From an uncultured Chloroflexia bacterium (GTDB taxonomy: Bacteria > Chloroflexota > Limnocylindria > Limnocylindrales > CSP1-4), in contig CAVRGP010000013.1 in NCBI GenBank assembly GCA_963720755.1, forward strand, positions 32,001 to 96,000: a DNA stretch of 64,000 nucleotides, read 5' to 3'. Position 1 is the stretch's first letter. The number at the start of each line of letters is the position of its first letter. The notes under the pieces are model-generated. The model was given only the letters and a program-made list of their open reading frames with translations. It ran no database searches and had not been told where the DNA came from. Both the position numbers and the translations under genes were made by a program. Shown piece by piece: positions 26,933 through 36,706 of this stretch.

Positions 26933-28032
26933 GGTGCGGTCTCCTCCAGTACCTGGGACGTATCGACCGGGCCGCGACCGAGGACCAGGGCCTCGGAGGG
27001 GGACCAGGCGACCGCCACGTCGCTTCCGACCGGGAATCGAACCCCGGCCTTGGGGGATAGGACGGTCAGGCCGAGACCGCCTGCCGTGCGCAATCGATAC
27101 GAGATGGTCGACCCGAGGTACGCCGTCTGCTCGACGACGGCCGGGATCGCGCCCTCGGCGCTGGTGGGCACAAGGGCGATCACTTCGGGACGGACGCTGA
27201 TCTCGACCTCGGTGCCAGCCGGCAGGCTGCCGTGTTCGACCTGCGCGATATCGCCCGAGGTCAACCGGACCCGGCCATCGCCCTCGACCGCTCCCCGCAG
27301 CAGGTTGGTCGAACCGATGAAGTCGGCCACGAAGCGCGTCGCCGGCCGTTCATACAACTCCTCCGGCGTGCCCAGCTGCTCGACCTTGCCGGCGTGCATG
27401 ACCGCGATCCGGTCACTCATCGTGAGCGCTTCCTCCTGGTCGTGGGTCACGTACACGAAGGTGATCCCGACCTCGGTCTGGATCCGTTTGAGTTCGATCT
27501 GGAGCTGTCGGCGGAGCTTGAGGTCGAGCGCTCCGAGAGGTTCGTCGAGGAGCAGCACGTTGGGGCGATTGACGAGGGCCCTGGCCAGGGCGACCCGCTG
27601 CTGCTGGCCCCCGGACAGCTGGTTCGGGCGGCGCCGGTCGTAGCCGGTCAGATGGACGAGTTCCAGCGCTTCACCGACCCGGCGCGCCGTCTCGTCCTTG
27701 GCGACGCCCTTGCGCTTGAGGCCGAAACCGACGTTGGCAGCCACGTCGAGATGGGGGAACAGCGCGTAGTTCTGGAAGACCATGTTCACCGGCCGCTTGT
27801 CCGGCGGGTCGTTGGTGATATCCCGGCCGCGCAGCAGGATCGTCCCGCCAGTCGGGAGCTCGAACCCACCGATCATCCGGAGCGTGGTCGTCTTCCCACA
27901 ACCGGACGGCCCGAGCAGCGAGAAGAACTCGCCGCCGGCGATGTCGATCGAGACGCCGTCGACGGCACGCACTTCGCGGAAGCGTTTCTCGAGATCGACC
28001 AGTTGGATCTCAGGGGTCGCCTGGGACAACAT
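26929..28032 (-). CDS. potA: Polyamine ABC ATPase (PotA-like)
   Basis: [44 protein letters not shown]-like C-terminus. Confidence 0.92.
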   Translation of the reverse strand: MLSQATPEIQLVDLEKRFREVRAVDGVSIDIAGGEFFSLLGPSGCGKTTTLRMIGGFELPTGGTILLRGRDITNDPPDKRPVNMVFQNYALFPHLDVAANVGFGLKRKGVAKDETARRVGEALELVHLTGYDRRRPNQLSGGQQQRVALARALVNRPNVLLLDEPLGALDLKLRRQLQIELKRIQTEVGITFVYVTHDQEEALTMSDRIAVMHAGKVEQLGTPEELYERPATRFVADFIGSTNLLRGAVEGDGRVRLTSGDIAQVEHGSLPAGTEVEISVRPEVIALVPTSAEGAIPAVVEQTAYLGSTISYRLRTAGGLGLTVLSPKAGVRFPVGSDVAVAWSPSEALVLGRGPVDTSQVLEETAP

Positions 28033-28207
28033 TCCGCGGAGGCTAGCCGACCGGGACGTTCTGCGCCCGGTCGCGTCCCGGTCAACGGAACGTCGCCGGG
28101 TCCGGCGACCGTCCGAGACCGCCAAAGGTACCCACGCTCATCCGCCATCGGGCCACTTACCCCGCACGATGCAGCGCCTATCGTCGTTCGAGACGGGAGA
28201 CAGGCTC

Positions 28208-29503
28208 TTGCCAGGACACGAACGACATCGGATCCGCACGCCGCTCGTGGGCGCACTCGCGCTCGCGAGCAGTCTCGTGGCGTCCCTGTTCGTGTTCGCT
28301 GTACCGGTGCTGGCCGTCACGTGCCCCGACTGGGGCACCTTGACTGGGCCGTCCGTCACGCCCGGATCGGGGCCGACGAACAAGGCCTTCGCGTTCTCCG
28401 TCGTGTATCAGGACGATGCCGGCGAGACGCCCGACTTCGCCGAGGTTGACGTCGGTTCGGGCACGATCATCAAGGCATTGACCTACCAGTCAGGCGACCT
28501 CCATACGGGCGCGACGTACGCGGCGACATTCAAGGTTCCGGTCGGGACCTGGGATGTCACGTTCCGGGTCGAGCCGGGGACCCAGCCAGGCAAGCTCGCG
28601 ACGTGTGAGATCTCGGGCGGCACGATCAACGTGTCGCCCAAGCCGACTCCGAAACCCACGCCCAAGCCGACCCCGAAGCCGCCACGGGCGACCCCGAAGC
28701 CGACACCCAGGCCGACCCCGAGGCCCACCAAGAAGCCCGTGGCCAAGCACCACGCGACGCCGAAGCCGACCGCCAAGCCGACCCCTGTCGTGGCGGTCGC
28801 TCCGACGCCCGTTCGGACGCCCGATCCGACGCCGAGCCCGACTCCGTCACCGTCTCCGTCCGTACTTCCCGTCGCGCTGGCGGCCGGCGGCGGGACCGCG
28901 AACGGCGTCGGACCTTCGGACCCCGCCGCGAGCGGTGGCGGCCCGCTGCCGCTCCTCCTGCTCGCCGCGCTCATCGGTATTGGCGGGTTCTTCATCGTGG
29001 CCCGGCGCCGACGCCGTGCTACGTCCGATCCGGACGGGCTGCCGTTGCCGGGGACCGCCGCTGACGCCTCCACCGCGGTCGAGTCTCCCGGGGCTGCGGC
29101 TCCGCCACTCGTCCCGGCCCCCGGGGCTGCAGCGTTCGCCGGTCCCGCGGCCGTGGCCGTGGCCGATGATGACCTGACCCCGGTCGATGACGACGCGCCA
29201 CTCAAACGAACGCGAGAGGCGCTCCGGCAGGTCGCGGAGCCGGCGATGGCCGCCGGCGCCGCCACCGTCGCCCGGACGTTCAGCAAACCGCCGAGCAAGG
29301 GCGTCGAACGGGTGATGGTGGCCTATCGGCGAGTCCGGATCAGCTCGGAACCAGACGTGGTCCGATCGAAGGAGCTCGGGCGCCTCGACCGGGGCGATGA
29401 GGTCGAGATCCTCGAATCGCACGAGGGGTTCCTCCAGATCCGGACGCCCGACGACATCACCGGCTGGATCCTTCGCCACACCGTCGGCGCACCGGCGACC
29501 TGA
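28208..29503 (+). CDS. Surface protein: signal peptide, Ig-like domain, PKPT linker, TM, C-terminal SH3-like domain
   Basis: GGGAG RBS + TTG; Pro/Thr/Lys repeats; TM followed by RRRRR; [27 protein letters not shown]. Confidence 0.75.
   Translation: MPGHERHRIRTPLVGALALASSLVASLFVFAVPVLAVTCPDWGTLTGPSVTPGSGPTNKAFAFSVVYQDDAGETPDFAEVDVGSGTIIKALTYQSGDLHTGATYAATFKVPVGTWDVTFRVEPGTQPGKLATCEISGGTINVSPKPTPKPTPKPTPKPPRATPKPTPRPTPRPTKKPVAKHHATPKPTAKPTPVVAVAPTPVRTPDPTPSPTPSPSPSVLPVALAAGGGTANGVGPSDPAASGGGPLPLLLLAALIGIGGFFIVARRRRRATSDPDGLPLPGTAADASTAVESPGAAAPPLVPAPGAAAFAGPAAVAVADDDLTPVDDDAPLKRTREALRQVAEPAMAAGAATVARTFSKPPSKGVERVMVAYRRVRISSEPDVVRSKELGRLDRGDEVEILESHEGFLQIRTPDDITGWILRHTVGAPAT
28637..28860 (+). 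repeat. PKPT/PTPS low-complexity coding repeats
   Basis: Degenerate 12-nt CC(C/G)AAGCCGAC(C/G) units. Confidence 0.7.
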
Positions 29504-29516
29504 TCCCGGTCGAGCG

Positions 29517-30428
29517 CTACCTCGGCGGCCTGGTCCGGGAGGCGATCCGGGCAAGCGCGCCGGTCCAATCGGGATCGACCGGTTTCCCCTTCTCGTCGAG
29601 GTCGATCAGCATCGGGGCGTGATCGGACGGTACCGGCGGCCCCTTGCGGGCATCGCGATCGATCTCGGCATCCACCACCCGGTCCGCCAGGGACGAAGAA
29701 ACGAGCAAGTGGTCGATCCGCATGCCCAGGTTCTTGTGGAACATGCCGGCTCGGTAGTCCCACCACGAGAACCGACCGGTCTCCGGGTGCCGCAGTCGAT
29801 AGGCGTCGACCAGTCCGAGCGCGAGGAGCCCGCGGAATGCCTGACGCTCCGGCTCCGAGACGTGGGTGCCGCCGTGGACGGCGCCGGCGTCCCAGACGTC
29901 ATCGTCGGTCGGCGCGACATTGAGGTCGCCCCCGAGGATCAGCGGCTCGGTCGTCGCGGCCGCCGTACCGACCCACTTGGCGAGGCGCTCGAACCAGGCC
30001 AGCTTGCCCGCGTAGAACGGGGATCCGACGACCCGGCCGTTGGGTGCGTACAGGCTCACCACCCGCAGTCCGTCGACCGTGGCGGCGATCATCCGGGCCT
30101 CGTCGAACGGATCGAAATCGTCCTCGCTCGCCGGCTCGGCCCCGGCCCCTCCCGGGCCCGAGTCACGAACCGGACCGTCCCCGAAGTTGGTCACCACGTC
30201 ATCGATCGGCAGGCCCTGCCGGGCCACGATCGCCACGCCGTTCCAGCGGCCCTCGCCATGGTGGACCAGCTGGTACCCCGCCATCGCGAAAGCCATGACC
30301 GGGGCGTCGCCATCGGTCAGTTTCGTCTCCTGCAGGAGGAGGACGTCCGGAGCGGCTCGGCCCAGCCAGTTCTCGACCGCTTCCTGCCGGGCCTTGAGCG
30401 AATTGACGTTCCAGGTGGCGACGCGCAT
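29517..30428 (-). CDS. xth: Exodeoxyribonuclease III
   Basis: MRVATWNVNS, LQETK, YAPNG, GGDLNVAP, FSWWDYR, RIDHLL, SDHAP. Confidence 0.95.
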   Translation of the reverse strand: MRVATWNVNSLKARQEAVENWLGRAAPDVLLLQETKLTDGDAPVMAFAMAGYQLVHHGEGRWNGVAIVARQGLPIDDVVTNFGDGPVRDSGPGGAGAEPASEDDFDPFDEARMIAATVDGLRVVSLYAPNGRVVGSPFYAGKLAWFERLAKWVGTAAATTEPLILGGDLNVAPTDDDVWDAGAVHGGTHVSEPERQAFRGLLALGLVDAYRLRHPETGRFSWWDYRAGMFHKNLGMRIDHLLVSSSLADRVVDAEIDRDARKGPPVPSDHAPMLIDLDEKGKPVDPDWTGALARIASRTRPPR

Positions 30429-30439
30429 CGGCTCGCCGC

Positions 30440-31117
30440 CTAGTAGCGCCGGCCGCGCTGCCGTTCGAGATCGAACGTGGCGGTGTCGGCGACGGCCATG
30501 ACCGCCATCGTCCCGGCCTGGACCGGGTCCGAGATGACCAGGTCGACGTGATCGGTGATCGAGCCGACCATGTTGAGGGCGATGATCGGGATCCCAACGG
30601 ATCGGAGTTCCTCGGCAGCCACGCTGATGTCGCCGCCCATGATCGATCCGGCCAGGACGAGCAGCCGGGCTCGGGGCAGGTCGGCCACCGCCCGGACGGC
30701 CGCCGCGATCGGCTCTTCGCCGACGAGCGGGATCGTATCGACGCTGATCCGCTCGCCACGGAGGTTGTGGCGATCGGCCTCGCTGACCGCGCCGAGCGCG
30801 ACCTGGGCCACTTGGGCACCGCCGCCGACGACGATGATCCGCTTACCGAAGACTTGGGCGAGGGCGCGGGTCAGGTGGACCGCCCGGACGTCCTCGATCG
30901 CCTCGAGGGCTCGTACTAGGGCCGCCTCCGAGATCCCTTCGACCTCGAGCTCGATCTCGACGAGGGCCGGGTCACCATCGATCAGACGGACCGTCGAGAG
31001 GGCCCGGATCCGCCCGCCGATCACACTGACGGCGTCGCTGACGGCGGCCAGGGCGGTAGCGGAATCGATGATGTCGAACCGGATCGCCGCGGTTTCGACC
31101 GCGCGCCGGCGCGGCAT
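30440..31117 (-). CDS. ACT-like + DUF5612 (AF1403-like) protein
   Basis: FGKRIIVVGGGAQVAQVALGAVSEADRHNLRGERISVDTIPLVGEE, LVLAGSIMGG, SDPVQAGTMAVMA. Confidence 0.85.
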   Translation of the reverse strand: MPRRRAVETAAIRFDIIDSATALAAVSDAVSVIGGRIRALSTVRLIDGDPALVEIELEVEGISEAALVRALEAIEDVRAVHLTRALAQVFGKRIIVVGGGAQVAQVALGAVSEADRHNLRGERISVDTIPLVGEEPIAAAVRAVADLPRARLLVLAGSIMGGDISVAAEELRSVGIPIIALNMVGSITDHVDLVISDPVQAGTMAVMAVADTATFDLERQRGRRY

Positions 31118-31404
31118 CAGCCGAGCGAGCCGCGGCCCGCGGCGCCGGGACGCAGGTCGTTGACCGACATGGCATCGGGCTCGATGTCGCCGGTCGGATC
31201 GTGTTCCTCGAACGGCAGGCCGAGGCCGGCGAACGCCTCGCGGGTCGCCGCGGCGTCTGACGTGGTGAGCATCAGCGCGCCATCCGTGTCCTCGGCCACG
31301 CCGACGATCCCGGTGATATTCACCCCGCGCTCGCCAAGCGCCGAGGCGAGACGGGCGAGCGAACCCGGCCGATCGTCGAGTTTGACCGTGAACCAGACCG
31401 TCAC
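31117..31404 (-). CDS. Stand-alone ACT domain protein
   Basis: VKLDDRPGSLARLASALGERGVNITGI; GGAGG RBS; TGATG overlap with next gene. Confidence 0.88.
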   Translation of the reverse strand: MTVWFTVKLDDRPGSLARLASALGERGVNITGIVGVAEDTDGALMLTTSDAAATREAFAGLGLPFEEHDPTGDIEPDAMSVNDLRPGAAGRGSLG

Positions 31405-31466
31405 GAGATACCTCCAAGGCTATGCGCCGATGGTACCCGGTCCGCGTCACATGGCACGATGCGCGC

Positions 31467-31865
31467 ATGCCTGCACCGTTGTCGAAGACGCCGACCAAGC
31501 GGATGCCGGATATCCAGGTCTTCGGCCTCGACGACTCCAGGGATACCCGGGCTGCCCAGCGGTACTTCCGTGAGCGGCGGATCGCGGTCAGCTACGTCGA
31601 CCTTGGCAAACGCCGCATCGCTCCCGCGGAACTCCGTCGGTTCGTCGACCAGTTCGGTGCCGCGGCGCTGCTCGACGAGACGTCGCGAGCCTTTCGCGAT
31701 GGCGGACTCGGGCATCTGCGGCTGACCGACGGGGAGATCGTCGACCGCTTGCTTCACGATGTCCGCCTACTCCGCCTCCCCCTGGTCCGCCACGGCAACG
31801 CGGTGACGGTCGGGCGTGCCGAGGCGACGTGGACGGCCTGGGTCAGGGCCTCGCGCGCGACCTGA
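31467..31865 (+). CDS. ArsC/Spx-family protein lacking Cys
   Basis: IQVFG..SRDTRAAQRYFRERRI, LLRLPLVR.G. Confidence 0.8.
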   Translation: MPAPLSKTPTKRMPDIQVFGLDDSRDTRAAQRYFRERRIAVSYVDLGKRRIAPAELRRFVDQFGAAALLDETSRAFRDGGLGHLRLTDGEIVDRLLHDVRLLRLPLVRHGNAVTVGRAEATWTAWVRASRAT

Positions 31866-32034
31866 CGCCGATCGCGGCCACGACCGCGCCGCCGACGACC
31901 ATCCCGACACCGATGATCGTCCATCGGAGGTCGTCCACCATGAAACTCGAACCGCGGATGAGGCCGAGTCCCTGTCCGATCCAGACGAGCCCGACCAGGA
32001 TGAGGATCCCCGCGATGATCGTGCGTGCGCGCAT
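31843..32034 (-). CDS. Small two-TM membrane protein (63 aa)
   Basis: GGAGG RBS; MRARTIIAGILILVGLVWIGQGLGLIRGSSFM..W..IG. Confidence 0.75.
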   Translation of the reverse strand: MRARTIIAGILILVGLVWIGQGLGLIRGSSFMVDDLRWTIIGVGMVVGGAVVAAIGVRSRARP

Positions 32035-32064
32035 CGATACCTCCAAGGGTGGCATCCTAGCCCG

Positions 32065-32832
32065 ATGGACGAGATGACACCGAGCCCACGCCGGGCTGGT
32101 CGGATGTGGGTCACCCCGAACGCTGCCCGGATCCTCGCCGGGAACGCCGACGTGACCGAGGATGAGAGCCTCCTCGAGCGGCAACCAGCCACCGAATTCC
32201 TCGGCACCGACCCGTGGCGCGCGCTTCGGATCCTGTCCGAATTCGTCGAAGGCTTCGATGCGATGGCGAGGGTCGGCCCGGCCGTGACCGTGTTCGGTTC
32301 GGCCCGGACCAAGCCGGATGGACCCGAGTACGAACAGGCCCGGGTGATCGGCCGGCTGCTGGCCGATGCGGGGTATGCGGTGATCACCGGCGGCGGACCC
32401 GGGGCGATGGAAGCCGCCAATCGTGGCTGTCGCGATGCTGGAGGATTGTCGGTCGGCTGCAACATCGAGCTGCCCCACGAACAGGGGATGAACCCATATG
32501 TCGACCTTGGCGTCGAGTTCCGCTACTTCTTCGCCCGCAAGGTCATGTTCGTCAAGTACGCCGACGGGTTCGTCATCCTGCCCGGGGGATTCGGCACGCT
32601 CGACGAGCTGTTCGAGTCCCTGACCCTGATCCAGGTCGGCAAGGTCAGGCACTTCCCGATCGTCCTGTTCGGTCGCGCGTACTGGGCGGGGCTGATCGAC
32701 TGGCTCCGCGGGACGCTGCTCGCCCACGGCTCGATCGCGGCCGGCGATCTCGACCTCTTCCACGTGACCGACGACCCCGCCGAGGTCGTCGAGCTGATCC
32801 GGACACACCGGGTCGAGGGCGACGCCCACTGA
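32065..32832 (+). CDS. LOG family (TIGR00730-type) nucleotide phosphoribohydrolase
   Basis: VFGSAR, TGGGPGAMEA, FRYFFARK, PGGFGTLDE. Confidence 0.92.
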   Translation: MDEMTPSPRRAGRMWVTPNAARILAGNADVTEDESLLERQPATEFLGTDPWRALRILSEFVEGFDAMARVGPAVTVFGSARTKPDGPEYEQARVIGRLLADAGYAVITGGGPGAMEAANRGCRDAGGLSVGCNIELPHEQGMNPYVDLGVEFRYFFARKVMFVKYADGFVILPGGFGTLDELFESLTLIQVGKVRHFPIVLFGRAYWAGLIDWLRGTLLAHGSIAAGDLDLFHVTDDPAEVVELIRTHRVEGDAH

Positions 32833-32842
32833 CGCGGGGCGT

Positions 32843-33325
32843 TCAGTCCGGTCCGATGGCGACCTCGACGAGTCCGTCGACGATCCGGACGGGGTAGTAG
32901 CGCAGCCGTCGGACTCGGGTCAGCCGGCGTGCCTCCGCCTTCCTGCCGGGCACATCCGCTTTCATCTCCCGGCCGCTCGGGGTCCAGGTCGGGTGGTACC
33001 CACCGTCGGCATCCAGCCCTCCGGTCGTCGGCATCTGGACCGTCTCGCCGGTTGACAGGTCGAACCGGCCCTCGTGGAGCGGACACGCCACAACGCAGCC
33101 GTCGAGGTCACCGATCGACAGTGGCGCGCTCATGTGCGGACAGCGGTCGTCGACCGCCACGATCCCGACGGAGGTATGCGCGATCAGGATGTCGCGGTCG
33201 CCACGGCTGACCCGCCGGAGACTGCCGGGTGGCAGGTCGGCGAGGTCCACCGTGAGTTCGAACGGCGCGCCCTCGGTCCCGACCGCCCGCAGGTGGGCAG
33301 GGAACGGCGCGATCCGGGCGGTCAT
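32843..33325 (-). CDS. Rieske-type [2Fe-2S] ferredoxin with C-terminal insertion
   Basis: CPHMSAPL..CPLHEGRFDLSTG. Confidence 0.85.
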   Translation of the reverse strand: MTARIAPFPAHLRAVGTEGAPFELTVDLADLPPGSLRRVSRGDRDILIAHTSVGIVAVDDRCPHMSAPLSIGDLDGCVVACPLHEGRFDLSTGETVQMPTTGGLDADGGYHPTWTPSGREMKADVPGRKAEARRLTRVRRLRYYPVRIVDGLVEVAIGPD

Positions 33326-33353
33326 CCGGCCATGGGGTGCCCGATCGGCCCCA

Positions 33354-35093
33354 CTACTCGGCCGTCGGTGAACCACCGACGATGGCCGCGCTATCCGCCC
33401 CCGTCGGGGTCGTCGCGGCAGGCGATGATGAGCCGGCCGGTACCGCGTCGCCGATCGTCGTCCGAAGGGCGTGCTCGTGCATCGTCGACGCGGCGACCGC
33501 CGCCACGATCGCGGCAACGACCCCGATCCAGAAGGTCTGGGCGATGGCCAGGCTGAAGGCCTCGTGGATCCCGGTCACGATCGCGTCGACGACCGGTGCC
33601 GCGGACGGGATCACCGCCACGATCGCCGTGCCGAGATCGACCCCGACCCCGACCAGCTTGTTGAAGTCGAGCACGCCGGTCGCGGCCGCCTGACCGAACG
33701 CTCCGAGAACGTCGGGCGGGACCCCGGCGCTGGTGAGGCTCGGACCGATCTGTTCGGTGAACGAGGTCGCGAACACGGTCCCGACGACGGCCAGCGAGAC
33801 CGATCCACCGATCTGGCGGAAGAAGGTCAGGTTCGACGTCGCCACGCCGAGCTCACTGAACGGCACGGCATTCTGGACGATGATCGTGAACACGGAGAAC
33901 GTCGGTCCGACGCCGAGGCCGGCGACGAACATCCAGAACGCGAGGAGGAGCAACGGGGTCTCCGCGGTCAGCTGGGTCATCAGCAGCATCGCGACCGCCA
34001 GCAGGATGATCGCACCCACCGTCATCCACTTGTAGCGACCGGTCCTCGACACGATCAGCCCCGACACGATCGAGCTGAAGATCAAACCGATCATGAGCGG
34101 CAGCAGGGCCAGCCCCGAATCGGTCGGCGTGAAGCCGTGGACGAACTGGAACCAGCGCGGCAGGAAGATCACCGCCCCGAAGAAGGCGAACGCCGCGAAG
34201 AAGACCGAGATCATCGAACTGGAATAGGTCCGGTTGCGGAAGAGGCCCAGCGGGATGATCGGCTCGACCGCCCGAGCCTCGGCCAGGATGAACATGACGA
34301 TCCCGATCAGCCCGGCCAGGATCAGACCGCCGACAGCCGGGTCGGTCCAGGCGTTGAGCTGCCCGGTCGAATCCGTCAGGCCCTTGTTGGTGAGTCCGAG
34401 CAGGAACAGGCTGATGGCGATCGTGAAGATGACCCCGCCGAGGATGTCGAAGTTGCGCGTGGCGCGGGCCGTCTTGACGGTCGGGAGCAGTCGCGAGATC
34501 ACGAACAGGGCGACCAGCCCGATCGGGATGTTGACGTAGAAGATCAGGTGCCAGCTGAAGTTCTCGGTCAGCCAGCCGCCGACGAGCGGTCCGACGATGA
34601 AGGCGATGCCGAAAACGCCACCGAAGAGACCCTGGTACTTGCCGCGCTCCTTCGGCGTGAACAGGTCGCCGATGACCGCGAGGGCCACTGGGAAGATCGA
34701 TCCGGCGCCGATCCCCTGGATCCCGCGGAACAGGATGAGCATGGCCATGTTCTGGCTCAGCCCGCACAGGGCGGATCCGATCAGGAAGATCGTGATGCCG
34801 ATCATGAAGATCGGCTTGCGGCCGTACAGGTCGGACAGCTTGCCCCAGAACGGGACGCTGACGGTGCTGGTCAGGAGATAGATCGTGACGGCCCAGACGT
34901 AGTAGTCGTTGCCGTTCAGCTGGGTGACGATCGTCGGCAGGGCCGGGCCGACGATCGTCTGGTCGAGGGCGCCGAGGAACAGGCCCAGCATGACCGCGAA
35001 GAGGATCTCCATCTTCTCGCGGTGGCTGAGGCCGAGCGCCGGGTCTTCTTCCAGCGATGGCGTGTGGATCTCGTCGACCGGGAATGCTTCCAT
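33354..35093 (-). CDS. MDR-family (DHA2, 14-TM) MFS transporter
   Basis: LDQTIV, GKLSDLYGRK, RGIQGIG, GPLVGG, FYVNIPIG, RQIGG. Confidence 0.93.
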   Translation of the reverse strand: MEAFPVDEIHTPSLEEDPALGLSHREKMEILFAVMLGLFLGALDQTIVGPALPTIVTQLNGNDYYVWAVTIYLLTSTVSVPFWGKLSDLYGRKPIFMIGITIFLIGSALCGLSQNMAMLILFRGIQGIGAGSIFPVALAVIGDLFTPKERGKYQGLFGGVFGIAFIVGPLVGGWLTENFSWHLIFYVNIPIGLVALFVISRLLPTVKTARATRNFDILGGVIFTIAISLFLLGLTNKGLTDSTGQLNAWTDPAVGGLILAGLIGIVMFILAEARAVEPIIPLGLFRNRTYSSSMISVFFAAFAFFGAVIFLPRWFQFVHGFTPTDSGLALLPLMIGLIFSSIVSGLIVSRTGRYKWMTVGAIILLAVAMLLMTQLTAETPLLLLAFWMFVAGLGVGPTFSVFTIIVQNAVPFSELGVATSNLTFFRQIGGSVSLAVVGTVFATSFTEQIGPSLTSAGVPPDVLGAFGQAAATGVLDFNKLVGVGVDLGTAIVAVIPSAAPVVDAIVTGIHEAFSLAIAQTFWIGVVAAIVAAVAASTMHEHALRTTIGDAVPAGSSSPAATTPTGADSAAIVGGSPTAE

Positions 35094-35098
35094 CTAGG

Positions 35099-35614
35099 TC
35101 AGTTCCCCTCCAGGGATTCGTGCGTATGGTGGGCGCCGGACCTCGGGTCCGACGAGGCGGATTCGATCGCGACGCGGATGCTTGCCATGGCCGAGGCGAC
35201 CCCGGCGACCTGGTCCTCCCGGAGTCCGTCGAGGACCTGTTCGATCAGCTCGGCGCGGACCAGTTCGACGTCATCGAGCATCTGTCGTCCGGCATCGGTG
35301 ATCCGGGCCAAAACGACCCGGCGATCCTCCGGGACACGGATCCGCTCGACGAACCCGCGTTCCTCGACCCGATCGACCAGTCCGGTGGCAGCCGACATCG
35401 AGACGTCGAGCATCTCGGCGAGGCGGCTCATCGGCAGCTCGCCGTGACGCTCCAGAAGGTGCATCACGTGGAGTTGGGTCATGCTGATACCCAGCCGCAC
35501 GAGGCGCTCGCTGCCGATGCACTTGAGCTCGCCCAGCGATGCCTTGACATCGGCGATGATCGTCGCCTTCACGTCTGCTGTCGCCGGGTGCGTCGCTGGG
35601 GCCGTAGTTCGCAT
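35099..35614 (-). CDS. MarR-family transcriptional regulator
   Basis: ISMTQLHVM, ATGLVDRVEERGFVER, DRRVVLARITDAG. Confidence 0.92.
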   Translation of the reverse strand: MRTTAPATHPATADVKATIIADVKASLGELKCIGSERLVRLGISMTQLHVMHLLERHGELPMSRLAEMLDVSMSAATGLVDRVEERGFVERIRVPEDRRVVLARITDAGRQMLDDVELVRAELIEQVLDGLREDQVAGVASAMASIRVAIESASSDPRSGAHHTHESLEGN

Positions 35615-35624
35615 GTCGCGAACT

Positions 35625-35666
35625 ATCATATGGATACGAACGATCTCGTCAAGCTGAACAATCAGC
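35625..35666 (-). promoter_or_regulatory. marR promoter and candidate operator
   Basis: Minus strand TTGACG-N16-TATGAT; adjacent inverted repeat GCTGA-acaa-TCAGC (35653-35666). Confidence 0.5.
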
Positions 35667-35683
35667 CCTAGCCGGAGGATCTC

Positions 35684-36664
35684 GTGCGCTTCGCTCTCAT
35701 GCTGGAATCGCAGATGGGATTGACCTACGCCGACCACGTCGCGATCGCGAAACGGGCCGAGGCGAACGGTCTCGAGGCGCTCTTCCGGTCGGACCATTTC
35801 GCGAGCTTCCCGGGTCCGGACGGCAACCGCACGACCGACGCCTGGACGGTCATGGCCGGACTGGCTCGCGACACGGACCGGATCGGGCTTGGGGTCCTCG
35901 TATCGCCGGTCACGTTCCGGCACCCCGGGACGTTCGCCAAGGTGGTGACGACGGTCGACGAGATGAGCGGCGGTCGGATCGAGGTCGGCGTCGGGGCCGG
36001 TTGGAACGAACTCGAACACCGCCAGCTCGGACTCGACTTCCCGTCGATCAACGAACGAGCGGACCTGATGGAGGACCAGCTGGCCATCCTCCACGGGTTG
36101 TGGGGTGAACCCGACGGCTGGGCCTATGACGGACTCCGGGTCACGATCCGCGATGCCGTGTTCCACCCGAAACCGATGGACGTGCCGGGCCGGCCACGAA
36201 CCGCGATCGGCGGGGCGAGGCCCCGGATCCTGGTGGGCGGCCAGGGATCGCCACGGTCCTACCGCCTGGCCGCCCGCTACGCGGACGAATTCAACCTGAG
36301 CTCGTCCGATGCCACCAAGGCGGCGATCGTGGCCAACGCCCTCGATGCTGCGTGCCGCGAGATCGATCGCGACCCCTCGACCCTGGCTCGGTCGACCATG
36401 GCGGGCGTGCTCATCGGACGGACGGAGGCGGAGATGACCGCCCGAACGGAGGCGGTGCGTGCCGTTGTCGACCCGGACGGGGACGATGCGGCCTGGCTCG
36501 AAGAGCGGCTCGGGCGCTGGATCGCCGGGACCCCGGAGCAGGCGCGGGAGGGCGTCAGGCGCTTCGCCGACGCTGGGATCGAGCGGATCATGCTCCAGGA
36601 CTTCCTGCCCTGGGACCTCGACATGATCGATGTCATCGGCGAGGTCCTGGTCGGCGCCGTCTGA
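35684..36664 (+). CDS. LLM-class (probably F420-dependent) oxidoreductase
   Basis: FRSDHF, TDAW, VSPVTFRHPG, SGGRIEVGVGAGW, AARYADEFN. Confidence 0.9.
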   Translation: MRFALMLESQMGLTYADHVAIAKRAEANGLEALFRSDHFASFPGPDGNRTTDAWTVMAGLARDTDRIGLGVLVSPVTFRHPGTFAKVVTTVDEMSGGRIEVGVGAGWNELEHRQLGLDFPSINERADLMEDQLAILHGLWGEPDGWAYDGLRVTIRDAVFHPKPMDVPGRPRTAIGGARPRILVGGQGSPRSYRLAARYADEFNLSSSDATKAAIVANALDAACREIDRDPSTLARSTMAGVLIGRTEAEMTARTEAVRAVVDPDGDDAAWLEERLGRWIAGTPEQAREGVRRFADAGIERIMLQDFLPWDLDMIDVIGEVLVGAV

Positions 36665-36706
36665 GCCGGGCGCCCGGCGGTTCGCGCTCGAGCGTCCATC
36701 CCGGGG

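Noticed and set aside
28637-28860. Repeats as a CRISPR or VNTR array
   Set aside because: Degenerate coding Pro/Thr/Lys linker; no spacers or cas genes
31407-32048. 13-bp direct repeat GATACCTCCAAGG at 31407 and 32036 as possible insertion boundaries
   Set aside because: Both copies are the minus-strand RBS (TTGGAGGT) of adjacent genes and a similar word occurs near 63571; best explained as extended SD
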